In this document: positions 38,131 through 48,907 of the stretch, piece after piece
Layout of the letters: every line of letters begins with the position of its first letter
How positions within the stretch are numbered: the first letter of the stretch is position 1
Assembly (NCBI GenBank): GCA_964016885.1
Contig: OZ024743.1
Span: forward strand, 23,870,001-23,934,000
Direction of reading: 5' to 3'
Length of the DNA stretch: 64,000 nt
Source of the DNA: Eledone cirrhosa
Taxonomy: Eukaryota
Notes under the pieces: model-generated
Told to the model about the DNA's origin: nothing
Seen by the model: only the letters and a program-made list of their open reading frames with translations
Database searches by the model: none
Translations under genes and position numbers: made by a program

Positions 38131-39195
38131 TTGTGCTATCAACTAATCCAATCTCCAAAATGCTTGAAACTGACTTTTCCCCCCAGGAAAACGGCGGGGT
38201 GAGGTGGTTCCCCCTTCACCCGGATAATCCCTGCTTACTCGGAATTTTCTCTTTGATTCTATTTTCATGCGTTATCAGTGAATATGACTTCCAAACCAGT
38301 CAAAAACAACTAGCTTTGGAGAAAGAGGAGAGGGAGAGGGGAAGAGTTTTGCAGATCTACACCCCACTCACATGTTGTGGGACTTAATCATTTTCGGTAT
38401 ATTTCCTGTCCTATTAATTTCCTGTGCTATTTCCTATGCTATTTCCTATGCTATTTCCTATGCTATTTCCTGTGCTATTTCCTGTGCTATTAATTAATCT
38501 GACCTAGATGCTTCCAATCAACTTATTTCCCTGGGTTAGGTTTAAGGTTTAGTTTTAGGGCTGGGGTAAAGTTTAGGGTGTAGTTTTAGGGTTGGGGTAA
38601 TGTTTAGGGTCTAGTTTTAGGGTTGGGGTAAAGTTTAGGGTTTAGTTTTAGATTTGGGGTAAAGTTTGGGGTTTAGTTTTAGGTTTGGGGTAAAGTTTAG
38701 GGTTTAGTTTTAGGGTTGGGGTAATGTTTAGGGTTTAGTTTTATGGTTGGGGTATAGTTTAGGGTTTAGTTTAAGGGTTGGGGTAATGTTTATATTTAGA
38801 TTTAGCTTGGTTTGGTTTAGATTTAGAGTTTAGGGTTGGGGCTAGATTTAATTTTATGTTTTATTTAGTTTTAGTTTCCAAATCCCAGGAAAAAAAAATT
38901 GATTCAGAGCAACTAAAAGGTCAGATTAGTTGATAGCACTCAAAAGGAGACCGAAGAAAAATCATTAGAGTACATATCTACAAAACGACAATGGTTTTTC
39001 CACCTGCTTTACCCCTCCTTTTTTCTAGAACAACTAATCATTTCCAACTGGTTTGGAGGTCATATTCGTTGATAACATACGAAAAATCTCAGAGAAAACT
39101 CTGGGGTTAAATGAGAGAAGTGCATCCACCTAAGTTTTCCATGAAGAGAGAGTCAATAACAAACATCTTGGAGATCAGATTAGTTGATAACACAT
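38130..39195. mobile_element. Foldback element: diverged ~300-400-bp inverted arms around a 31-bp TTAGGG-containing array
   Basis: gtgctatcaactaatc (38133) pairs with gattagttgataacac (~39178-39193). gttatcagtgaatatgacttccaaaccagt pairs with actggtttggaggtcatattcgttgataac. The core is ~8 copies of ttttagggttggggtaaagtttagggtttag. Confidence 0.7.
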
Positions 39196-39839
39196 GAAAA
39201 AAAGATGAGGAAAAAATTTTGGGTGTTATGTGGTGTGGAGTAGTGTGTTGTGCTGTGTTGTGTGGAGTAGTGTGTTGTGTTGTGTGGAGTAGTGTGTTGT
39301 GTTGTGTTGTGTGGAGTAGTGTGTTGTGTTGTGTGGAGTAGTGTGTTGTGTTGTGTGGAGTAGTGTGTTGTGTTGTGTGGAGTAGTGTGGTGTGTTGTGT
39401 GGAGTAGTGTGGTGTGTTGTGTGGAGTAGTGTGGTGTGTTGTGTGGAGTAGTGTTGTGTTGTGTTGTGTTGTGTTGTGTTGTGTTGTGTTGTGTTGTGTT
39501 GTGTTGTGGAGTGGAGTAGTGTGGTGTAGTGTTGTATGTTTTTATGTGGTGTGGTGAAGTGTGGTGTGATGTGGTGTTGTGCAGTGAGGTTCTTCATCTT
39601 TATCTTTCTCTTCTTCATCTTTGTATTCATCTTCTTTGTTTTGTCTTCCATCTAAACAAAAAAAATATATAAAACATATATGTAGCCAATCTCTCAGACT
39701 TTTACAAAGCTCCAGGGAGATAAATTTAATATAAGTGGTGTGTTCCTGAACAGAGATACTACAAAATAGCTTAAAAGCTATATATATATATATATATACA
39801 CACACATATATATATATATATAAATAAATATAGAAGATT

Positions 39840-40840
39840 ATATTAATAAAAGGAATTCCAACTTTGTCTGATTTACTCGTTTTATTTACAATCCTTTAAA
39901 ATTATAATGGTATTAGAATGAAATAATATAATTTGTATAATTTGAAAATAAATAATAAATAGAGAATAAAGAATAAAGAATAAAGAATAAAGAATAAAGA
40001 ATAAAGAATAAATGAAAAATTGGGGAAAAAGTAATGAAAATGAATATGGAGAAGTGAAAAATAAAATGAAGATTGAAATAAAGTAGGATAAAGTCTATGT
40101 GTGCTATAACCAATCTCAAGGTCAGAAATATGTTGGATAGATTGGTATGAGGAACAAGATGTTAAAATAAGATAATCAAACAAAATGTGTTTGTGTTATA
40201 TAGATGTTGGCCAAATTATAATGGCTGTGTCCGATTCAAGAGATTGAATCGGACACAGCCATTATAATTTGGCCAACATCTATATAACACAAACACATTT
40301 TAATTTACTTGATTTCTGACTTTCAAGTCCCAATTTTAAATCTTGATTTCTCTCTATTAATTTGTTATTTGTTTTCTGCCCTCTTCACTGTATCACCTTA
40401 TATTTATTTTTAAGTTGAGATTGATTATTACACAAACACATTTTGTTTGATTATCTTATTTTAACATCTTGTTCCTCATACCAATCTATCCAACATATTT
40501 CGTTTGTTTGAATTCATATGATTCCAGTTCCTCAGTGAAATAACAACCCAACCAGGAACTGGACATATCAGAGTATTGACAATATTATACACTTCAACAA
40601 CATATATACTTGTCTATACCACACTAATTCGGACTGCCTGAAGAGGTCACAGCCAAAGATGGCTGTCACTGAAATATATATAGCAGTAATAAACGAAGCT
40701 AAATTTTAAACATTTGACTTTTTATTTAACTTTATTTTACATTACTCCGGAGTAACCAAACCAACCTGCGCACTTCGTCGAGTGCTCCAGCCTGCATACT
40801 GAGGTGTTGGTATACAACCAACATATACTCAAAATTTATT
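39840..40840 (+). mobile_element. Penelope-like element remnant with nested inverted repeats
   Basis: Perfect 58-bp hairpin at 40182-40301. A second inverted pair lies at ~40125-40196 / ~40430-40501. A hammerhead motif and AATAAA follow downstream. Confidence 0.6.
40633..40687 (+). ncRNA. Minimal type-I hammerhead ribozyme
   Basis: actgc-CTGAAGA-ggtcacagcc aaagat ggctgtcact-GAAA-tatata-TA-gcagt. Full core, 5-bp stem I, stem II with one mismatch, palindromic helix III. Confidence 0.78.
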
Positions 40841-40864
40841 TATATATATATATATAATATGTTG

Positions 40865-41723
40865 AAAAGATAACACACTAAAGGCTTTATCTCACATAAT
40901 ATCAAGTCTATGATATTTTGATATTTATTTTGAGAACAATACCTTAACATCAGTATGAGTAGCTAGTTATGGCCGGTCTGAACAGAAAGAGCTGAGAGAA
41001 TTCTGGCCGGATACAGCCAGTTTAAATGCTAAAGGGTTAAATTATATTCCAAACACCAGCTTAATTATGAAAAAGTTAGTTAAATCACTCCAAATTCTTG
41101 ATTATTTGAAACATAAACAGCGTCTTTCATTAGAAATATGGATACAAAAGGGTTTATCTACCTAAAAATCTTCCACCATATTTTAAGAATCTTCGTAAGT
41201 TATGTTCCAAATACCAGTTTAATTATGAGAAAGTTAGTTATATTACTAAAACACTCAAAAGTCTTCATAAATTTCGAAATTATTTGAAACTCATAAGCAG
41301 TAACTCTCCTGGTAATGAAAGGATTTAACCTTTAGCATTTACATTACTCTATATATACTCTTGTATTTTTATCTAACATTATATAAAATCTATGAGATTT
41401 TGATATTTATTTTGAGAACAATACTTTAGCATAAATACAAGTGGCCAGTTACAGCTGGTTTCAACAGAAAGAGGTGAGAGAATTCTGGCCAGATACGGCC
41501 AGTTTAAATGCTACAGGGTTAACCCTTTAGCATTTACATTACTCTATATTTTCATGGTAAAGGCTTTACCGCACATAATTATCTCACATAATATCGAATC
41601 TGAGATTTTGATATTATTTATGTTGAGAATAATACCTTCACATCAGTATGAGCAGCCGGTTTGAACAGAAAAAGATGAGCGAATTCTGGTCAGATACAGC
41701 TGGTTTATATGCTAATGGGTTAA
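40865..41723. mobile_element. Cluster of piggyBac-type MITEs joined at TTAA
   Basis: ttaa-cc(c)tttagcattt ... aaatgcta(a/c)aggg-ttaa. The units 41329-41518 and 41523-41719 share the TTAA at 41519-41522. A truncated copy ends at 41036. Confidence 0.75.
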
Positions 41724-42214
41724 GTAAACTGTATTCCTCAATGTTTTATCAATAAAAAATGGAAATATATTCGGTACTAAATATAATTAGAGTGTGACTT
41801 TATTTCTGGAGAATTTATTTACAAATATTCAAGTTTTAAGGAACGGAATCTTGCCTAATTAGAACAAATACATGAAACCTTTTTTTTTTTTCTTCAGATC
41901 TTTCAATTTTTCCAAATATAACATGTTTTGACATAGTTTTGGTATGATTTTACTGGCTTGATAAATGTTTGTATTGAATCATAACAATATAGTGTAGGTT
42001 GAGCTAGATACCCTTTCTAATACCAATCAAAGTAGTTGGTACTAGAAAGAGTATCTAGCTGTAGAAACCATGCCAAAACTGACAGGAATGTATATGAAAT
42101 GTGTCCCCTGTTCTATCTTAGAAAACAGTTGCTCTATTTAAGTATTTTTAACAGAGATAAGTGGATGTAATATTATGGTTATGCCCTTCTTATCACCATC
42201 AGAAATTTGGTGAA

Positions 42215-42590
42215 AAGAGATACAAATGATCTGGAAAAACAAGAGAAGCTTGTCATGGAGTCTGTAAAGTCTAACCACTGTTTAATAAGGATGATACAAA
42301 TGATCTGGGAAAACTAGAGAAGCTTGTCATGGGGTCCGTAAAGTCTAACCACTGTTTAATAAGGATGATACAAATGATCTGGGAAAACTAGAGAAGCTTG
42401 TCATGGGGTCCGTAAAGCTAACTGCTGCTTTAATAAGGATGATACAAATGATCTGGGAAAATTAGAGAAGCTTGTCATGGGGTCCATAAAGCTAACCATT
42501 ACTTTAATAAGGATGATACAAATGATCTTGGAAAACTAGAGAAGCTTGTCATAGGGTCAACAAAGCTAACCACTGCTTTAATAAGGACGA
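42215..42590. repeat. ~74-bp minisatellite, 5 copies
   Basis: gatacaaatgatc recurs at 42219, 42293, 42367, 42441 and 42515. Confidence 0.92.
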
Positions 42591-42847
42591 TGTGCAGTGA
42601 ACCAGAGGGCAATAAATAATTCCGACCTTAACTATCAACGCATCTCTCCAAAAGTAACCAGTATAATAATAACCCCTACCATAGCATTTTGATTCAGATA
42701 TCTACAAACCACTCTCTCCTACTTCTCCAACCCCTGCATACCTTTCTCTCTCTCTCTCCCTCTCCCCTACTTTTCTCTCTTCTTTTTCTACTCTATCTTC
42801 CCCAACAACCCCACTTAAGGGTATTTACATTGTACATTTTACCATTC

Positions 42848-42959
42848 TGCTCTGAGGATACAGTGGTCACAGCATTGGATATTTGAGTTCTGCAAATACT
42901 TGTAAATTTGCACATAGCATAACTTGGCTGTAGTACCACCGTGGAAACATTTGTCAGCA
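42848..42959 (+). ncRNA. Type-I hammerhead ribozyme with an extended stem II
   Basis: tgct-CTGAGGA-tacagtggt...accaccgtg-GAAA-catttg-TC-agca. GUC cleavage triplet; AATAAA lies just downstream. Confidence 0.62.
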
Positions 42960-43151
42960 CACGGAATAAATTACCTTTTTATGATGTCTACCTGTTATTA
43001 TTCATTCTTTATATACACTCCGGAATACAGAAGGATCAGGAACTAAGTTTCTTCAACAATTCTTCCATAACTCATAGAGTAACCTCTCACCGTACGTCAA
43101 CCATATCCAGTGTAGTAATTAACCATTACTACATCTTGGGTAATCCTATAC

Positions 43152-43205
<54 letters not shown>

Positions 43206-43331
43206 AAGTTTTATTTAAATTGTTGGGTTACAACGAGTAAATATTTATAACTGATATAAAAGCACTCAACAAGTATTTGGAGTATATTTACGATAGTAAA
43301 TAAATGGAAACTATATTTATAAAACCATATT

Positions 43332-43395
43332 TATTTCATTATATATATTTCAGGGATATCATATTAAAAATGTTATGCCTTCTTCAGACAAAATA
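43332..43395 (-). ncRNA. Minimal type-I hammerhead ribozyme (left arm of the palindrome)
   Basis: Reverse-complement copy of 43532-43597. Confidence 0.62.
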
Positions 43396-43531
43396 CAATA
43401 TAAACAGTCTTATAAATAGATAGATTTGACATACCTTTCAACTTCATCTTCCATTTAAAAATCAACTTTTAAATGGAAGATGAAGTTGAAAGGTATGTCA
43501 AATTTATCTATTTATAAGACTGTTTATATTG

Positions 43532-43597
43532 TATTTTGTCTGAAGAAGGCATAACATATTTTTAATATGATATCCCTGAAATATATATAATGAAATA
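43532..43597 (+). ncRNA. Minimal type-I hammerhead ribozyme (right arm of the palindrome)
   Basis: tattttgt-CTGAAGA-aggcataacatatt ttt aatatgatatccct-GAAA-tatata-TA-atgaaata. Stem I is 8 bp with two G.U pairs. Confidence 0.65.
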
Positions 43598-43638
43598 AAT
43601 ATGGTTTTATAAATATAGTTTCCATTTATTTAATATCG

Positions 43639-43669
<31 letters not shown>

Positions 43670-43670
<1 letters not shown>

Positions 43671-43917
43671 GCACTACAACGCTATTAGCTGTCAGTCGAA
43701 GCAGCCGATGAAAGCAAAACATCGTTTATTTCCGTATTACTACCACGCGTAAGTGGAGTTACTTAAATGAATTTTTTTTTTTCACGCGTTTTTTATTTTT
43801 TTTTTTATTAAAGCATATAGATGTAAGTGGAGTTACTTAAATGAAAATATAGGTGGCCCTTAAAAGGGCCAAATTAGAATATACCGCTGCGTTTTTACAG
43901 TTTTACTCGTTACACAT

Positions 43918-43950
<33 letters not shown>

Positions 43951-44010
43951 CACACGGTGTCCCCTCCAAAATATATACAAGCTTTGATTACTTTGCTGGG
44001 ACACTGTGTT

Positions 44011-44056
<46 letters not shown>

Positions 44057-44261
44057 GGGAAGGGAGAAATTTTGGGATGCTATACCTGACATAATAAAAA
44101 ACCAAAATACACCCCTAACATTTGTCGGAATATCAATCACGAGAGCAGATAAATAAATATATAAATACATAAATAAGAAATGATAGAAAAGGAAAAGAAA
44201 ATCCCTACATTATGTAATATTCCCAGTCACCCCGACTGACAGCTAATAGCGTTGTAGTGCC
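43670..44261. mobile_element. MITE with 29-bp TIR GGCACTACAACGCTATTAGCTGTCAGTCG (copy 1)
   Basis: Perfect TIRs, flanked by (TA)n. It contains a nested mini-element cacggtgtcc...ggacactgtg. Confidence 0.85.
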
Positions 44262-44364
44262 ATATATATATATAAACATAAACAAAAAAGTTAACCAAGT
44301 TAAAAATGTATTCACTGCGCTACTAATAATATGTTGAAGACATCCGTTGTATTCGTTAGCAACC

Positions 44365-44401
44365 ATGACGACAATACTTCACGCTAAATGCCTTCTATTT
44401 G
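44365..44401 (+). CDS. IFT27: IFT27-like coding exon 1, duplicate copy 1 (MTTILHAKCLLFG)
   Basis: aaccATG start and phase-1 donor G|gtaaat. Identical to the copy at 48871. Confidence 0.6.
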
Positions 44402-45309
44402 GTAAATTGTTTATTTATTTTCCAAGTGTACCAAAAAAATATATCTGCACTCGAATATACATTATGTTGTTGTTTAGTACCAGTTCATTTCCTATCACAC
44501 TTATGATCAAAGGCGTTCCAGAAATCACCATCCCGTTTTCTTTTCAGTCATTGAGTGTGTCCAGAACTTCATTATTTACTGTCATTTTTTTAGGACGGTA
44601 GGGCGTGATTTAGCTACTATGTCTATGAGATTGAGCTACGTCGTAGTGGTAAATTTGTTCAGTGTGTTGAATTTTACATTATCCAATGTGTATTATATTT
44701 TTGTGGAGGTTGAGGGAATGACAATTGAGAAACGATAAAGTATGGAGTTGCTACAGTTGGTGTTACTTATCTTACAAGTTGACAGGTGCACTGTGTCCGA
44801 ACACGGAAGAGCCGAACTCCAACCGTCATCATACCCATCTCTCATATTGACAGCTATTTCTAGCAAGTAGACATCCCTTCGTTGGTTCAGTCAGTATATC
44901 GTGTTGACCGAGAGCGTACATATATTTGGATGTATACAAGATAATGTATATTTATGTGTATGTATATCGGAGTGGGATCGTCTATATATATATATATATA
45001 TATATATATTGATATGAGATCAGATGGTTAGTAGTTTTCCTGCAATATGTGTTGCAAATGGCTACTCTGGGTCTCGAATAATCTCTAGAGAGAGATATAC
45101 AGTGCGCTATCAATAAAACAGGGAAAAAAACACCAGTGTATGGAATCTATAACCTATGAAAGGCAGACTATAGATACGATAATTAAAAATATAAATTAAA
45201 GCGTAAATAAATACCTCTATAACACACGTACCAATCCAAAGATATCTGTTTCGCCAGTAAGTTGTTGACAGAAATGGAATAACCCCGTTTCCTCAGCTTC
45301 AGACAACAC

Positions 45310-45420
45310 TAAGAGAATTTTGGCGCTAAACTTTTCCTTTTGAAAGAAAAATGGCGCCAAACTTTTCCTTTTGAAAGAATAATGTGATTTGTCACGTGAT
45401 TGAGTTCGCGTGATATTACC
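45310..45420. promoter_or_regulatory. Putative promoter motif cluster (E2F-, YY1-, CHR- and E-box-like); second copy at ~47595-47700
   Basis: ttttggcgc and aaaatggcgccaaa, two tttgaa, and gtcacgtga. CpG is retained in an AT-rich background. Confidence 0.4.
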
Positions 45421-45694
45421 TCTAAATATGTGAATACGTACACAGCATTCCCCCCACGAATGGCGAGAGCAAACATATATACACAAACACACCATATATA
45501 TATATATATATACATAAACACACATACATACAATAACGACCAGTACTACGATTCTGGAGGAGCGAATGATGGTGAAGATGAAGCTCTCTGCCGCAGAATA
45601 AATGCCATTTAATTTTAATAATAATACTAATAATATATATATATATAGTTTTGCGAGGTTTTTTTAATATGAAATCGTGTGTCGAAACAAATAT

Positions 45695-45858
45695 TGTTAT
45701 ACTTGGGGAGGGTCATATTTGTGGCAACATTGAGGACCGAATAAATTAGATTACCGATATAAAAGACACAGAAGCGAAAAGCGAAAACCAACCAAACAGT
45801 GAGTGTGTTCTGTTATTAATTCTGGCAATATTACACAAATATGACCCTCCCCAAGTAT

Positions 45859-45862
<4 letters not shown>
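45695..45862. mobile_element. Small MITE with TGT...ACA ends, 29-bp TIR and ATAT TSD (Ginger-like); second copy at 47975-48140
   Basis: atat|tgttatacttggggagggtcatatttgtg ... cacaaatatgaccctccccaagtataaca|atat. Confidence 0.65.
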
Positions 45863-45940
<78 letters not shown>

Positions 45941-45941
<1 letters not shown>

Positions 45942-46188
45942 GCACTACAACGCTATTAGCTGTCAGTCGAAGCAGCCGATGAAAGCAAAACATCGTTTAT
46001 TTCCGTATTACTACCACGCGTAAGTGGAGTTACTTAAATGAATTTTTTTTTTTCACGCGTTCTTTATTTTTTTTTTTATTAAAGCATATAGATGTAAGTG
46101 GAGTTACTTAAATGAAAATATAGGTGGCCCTTAAAAGGGCCAAATTAGAATATACCGCTGCGTTTTTACAGTTTTACTCGTTACACAT

Positions 46189-46223
<35 letters not shown>

Positions 46224-46283
46224 CACACGGTGTCCCCTCCAAAATATATACAAGCTTTGATTACTTTGCTGGGACACTGTGTT

Positions 46284-46337
<54 letters not shown>

Positions 46338-46542
46338 GGGAAGGGAGAAATTTTGGGATGCTATACCTGACATAATAAAAAACCAAAATACACCCCTAAC
46401 ATTTGTCGGAATATCAATCACGAGAGCAGATAAATAAATATATAAATACATAAATAAGAAATGATAGAAAAGGAAAAGAAAATCCCTACATTATGTAATA
46501 TTCCCAGTCACCCCGACTGACAGCTAATAGCGTTGTAGTGCC
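45941..46542. mobile_element. GGCACTACAACG-TIR MITE (copy 2)
   Basis: Same TIRs as 43670-44261. Confidence 0.85.
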
Positions 46543-46645
46543 ATATATATATATAAACATAAACAAAAAAGTTAACCAAGTTAAAAATGTATTCACTGCG
46601 CTACTAATAATATGTTGAAGACATCCGTTGTATTCGTTAGCAACC

Positions 46646-46682
46646 ATGACGACAATACTTCACGCTAAATGCCTTCTATTTG
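46646..46682 (+). CDS. IFT27: IFT27-like coding exon 1, duplicate copy 2
   Basis: Identical 37-nt exon and donor. Confidence 0.6.
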
Positions 46683-48136
46683 GTAAATTGTTTATTTATT
46701 TTCCAAGTGTACCAAAAAAATATATCTGCACTCGAATATACATTATGTTGTTGTTTAGTACCAGTTCATTTCCTATCACACTTATGATCAAAGGCGTTCC
46801 AGAAATCACCATCCCGTTTTCTTTTCAGTCATTGAGTGTGTCCAGAACTTCATTATTTACTGTCATTTTTTTAGGACGGTAGGGCGTGATTTAGCTACTA
46901 TGTCTATGAGATTGAGCTACGTCGTAGTGGTAAATTTGTTCAGTGTGTTGAATTTTACATTATCCAATGTGTATTATATTTTTGTGGAGGTTGAGGGAAT
47001 GACAATTGAGAAACGATAAAGTATGGAGTTGCTACAGTTGGTGTTGTTACTTATCTTACAAGTTGACAGGTGCACTGTGTCCGAACACGGAAGAGCCGAA
47101 CTCCAACCGTCATCATACCCATCTCTCATATTGACAGCTATTTCTAGCAAGTAGACATCCCTTCGTTGGTTCAGTCAGTATATCGTGTTGACCGAGAGCG
47201 TACATATATTTGGATGTATACAAGATAATGTATATTTATGTGTATGTATATCGGAGTGGGATCGTCTATATATATATATATATATATATATATTGATATG
47301 AGATCAGATGGTTAGTAGTTTTCCTGCAATATGTGTTGCAAATGGCTACTCTGGGTCTCGAATAATCTCTAGAGAGAGATATACAGTGCGCTATCAATAA
47401 AACAGGGAAAAAAACACCAGTGTATGGAATCTATAACCTATGAAAGGCAGACTATAGATACGATAATTAAAAATATAAATTAAAGCGTAAATAAATACCT
47501 CTATAACACACGTACCAATCCAAAGATATCTGTTTCGCCAGTAAGTTGTTGACAGAAATGGAATAACCCCGTTTCCTCAGCTTCAGACAACACTAAGAGA
47601 ATTTTGGCGCTAAACTTTTCCTTTTGAAAGAAAAATGGCGCCAAACTTTTCCTTTTGAAAGAATAATGTGATTTGTCACGTGATTGAGTTCACGTGATAT
47701 TACCTCTAAATATGTGAATACGTACACAGCATTCCCCCCACGAATGGCGAGAGCAAACATATATACACAAACACACCATATATATATATATATACATAAA
47801 CACACATACATACAATAACGACCAGTACTACGATTCTGGAGGAGCGAATGATGGTGAAGATGAAGCTCTCTGCCGCAGAATAAATGCTATTTAATTTTAA
47901 TAATAATACTAATAATATATATATATATAGTTTTGCGAGGTTTTTTATATGAAATCGTGTGTCGAAACAAATATTGTTATACTTGGGGAGGGTCATATTT
48001 GTGGCAACATTGAGGACCGAATAAATTAGATTACCGATATAAAAGACACAGAAGCGAAAAGCGAAAACCAACCAAACAGAGTGTGTTCTGTTATTAATTC
48101 TGGCAATATTACACAAATATGACCCTCCCCAAGTAT

Positions 48137-48182
<46 letters not shown>

Positions 48183-48183
<1 letters not shown>

Positions 48184-48767
48184 GCACTACAACGCTATTA
48201 GCTGTCAGTCGAAGCAGCCGATGAAAGCAAAACATCGTTTATTTCCGTATTACTACCACGCGTAAGTGGAGTTACTTAAATGAATTTTTTTTTTTTCACG
48301 CGTTTTTTATTTTTTTTTTATTAAAGCATATAGATGTAAGTGGAGTTACTTAAATGAAAATATAGGTGGCCCTTAAAAGGGCCAAATTAGAATATACCGC
48401 TGCGTTTTTACAGTTTTACTCGTTACACATACACACACATATATATATATATATACACACGGTGTCCCCTCCAAAATATATACAAGCTTTGATTACTTTG
48501 CTGTTGAAGTGTGTATACATTTTTTTGGACACTGTGTTTGTATATATATATATATATATTGGGGAAAGGGAGAAATTTTGGGATGCTATACCTGACATAA
48601 TAAAAAACCAAAATACACCCCTAACATTTGTCGGAATATCAATCACGAGAGTAGATAAATAAATATATAAATACATGAATAAGAAATGATAGAAAAGGAA
48701 AAGAAAATCCCTACATTATGTAATATTCCCAGTCACCCCGACTGACAGCTAATAGCGTTGTAGTGCC
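48183..48767. mobile_element. GGCACTACAACG-TIR MITE (copy 3)
   Basis: Same TIRs. It retains an internal segment (ttgaagtgtgtatacattttttt) that is missing from copies 1 and 2. Confidence 0.85.
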
Positions 48768-48870
48768 ATATATATATATAAACATAAACAAAAAAGTTAA
48801 CCAAGTTAAAAATGTATTCACTGCGCTACTAATAATATGTTGAAGACATCCGTTGTATTCGTTAGCAACC

Positions 48871-48907
48871 ATGACGACAATACTTCACGCTAAATGCCTT
48901 CTATTTG
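48871..48907 (+). CDS. IFT27: IFT27/RABL4 coding exon 1 (proximal copy), MTTILHAKCLLF-G
   Basis: Resembles the IFT27 N-terminus (human MVKLAAKCILAG, from memory). The phase-1 donor joins exon 2 to build the P-loop GSSAVGKT. Confidence 0.82.

Larger units (their letters stand above)
43289..43640. repeat. Near-perfect ~172-bp-arm palindrome (Penelope-like inverted terminal repeat)
   Basis: Arms 43289-43460 and 43467-43640 flank the spacer atcaac. Confidence 0.9.

Noticed and set aside
42215-42590. CRISPR-like regular repeats (also considered for the 910-bp satellite)
   Set aside because: Whole units repeat with no unique spacers, there are no cas genes, and the context is eukaryotic.
43430-43500. 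Apparent mini-exon ATG GAA GAT GAA GTT GAA AG|gtatgt on both strands
   Set aside because: It lies at the centre of the Penelope-like palindrome and has no partner exons.
43670-44261. CACTA/EnSpm assignment from the CACTACAA in the TIR
   Set aside because: The inverted repeat extends outward beyond CACTA (TGG/CCA), and there is no 3-bp direct TSD.
44347-44601. 84-aa ORF repeated three times as a standalone gene
   Set aside because: Only the 37 nt from the ATG at 44365 match IFT27. The rest is intron read-through past the GT donor.
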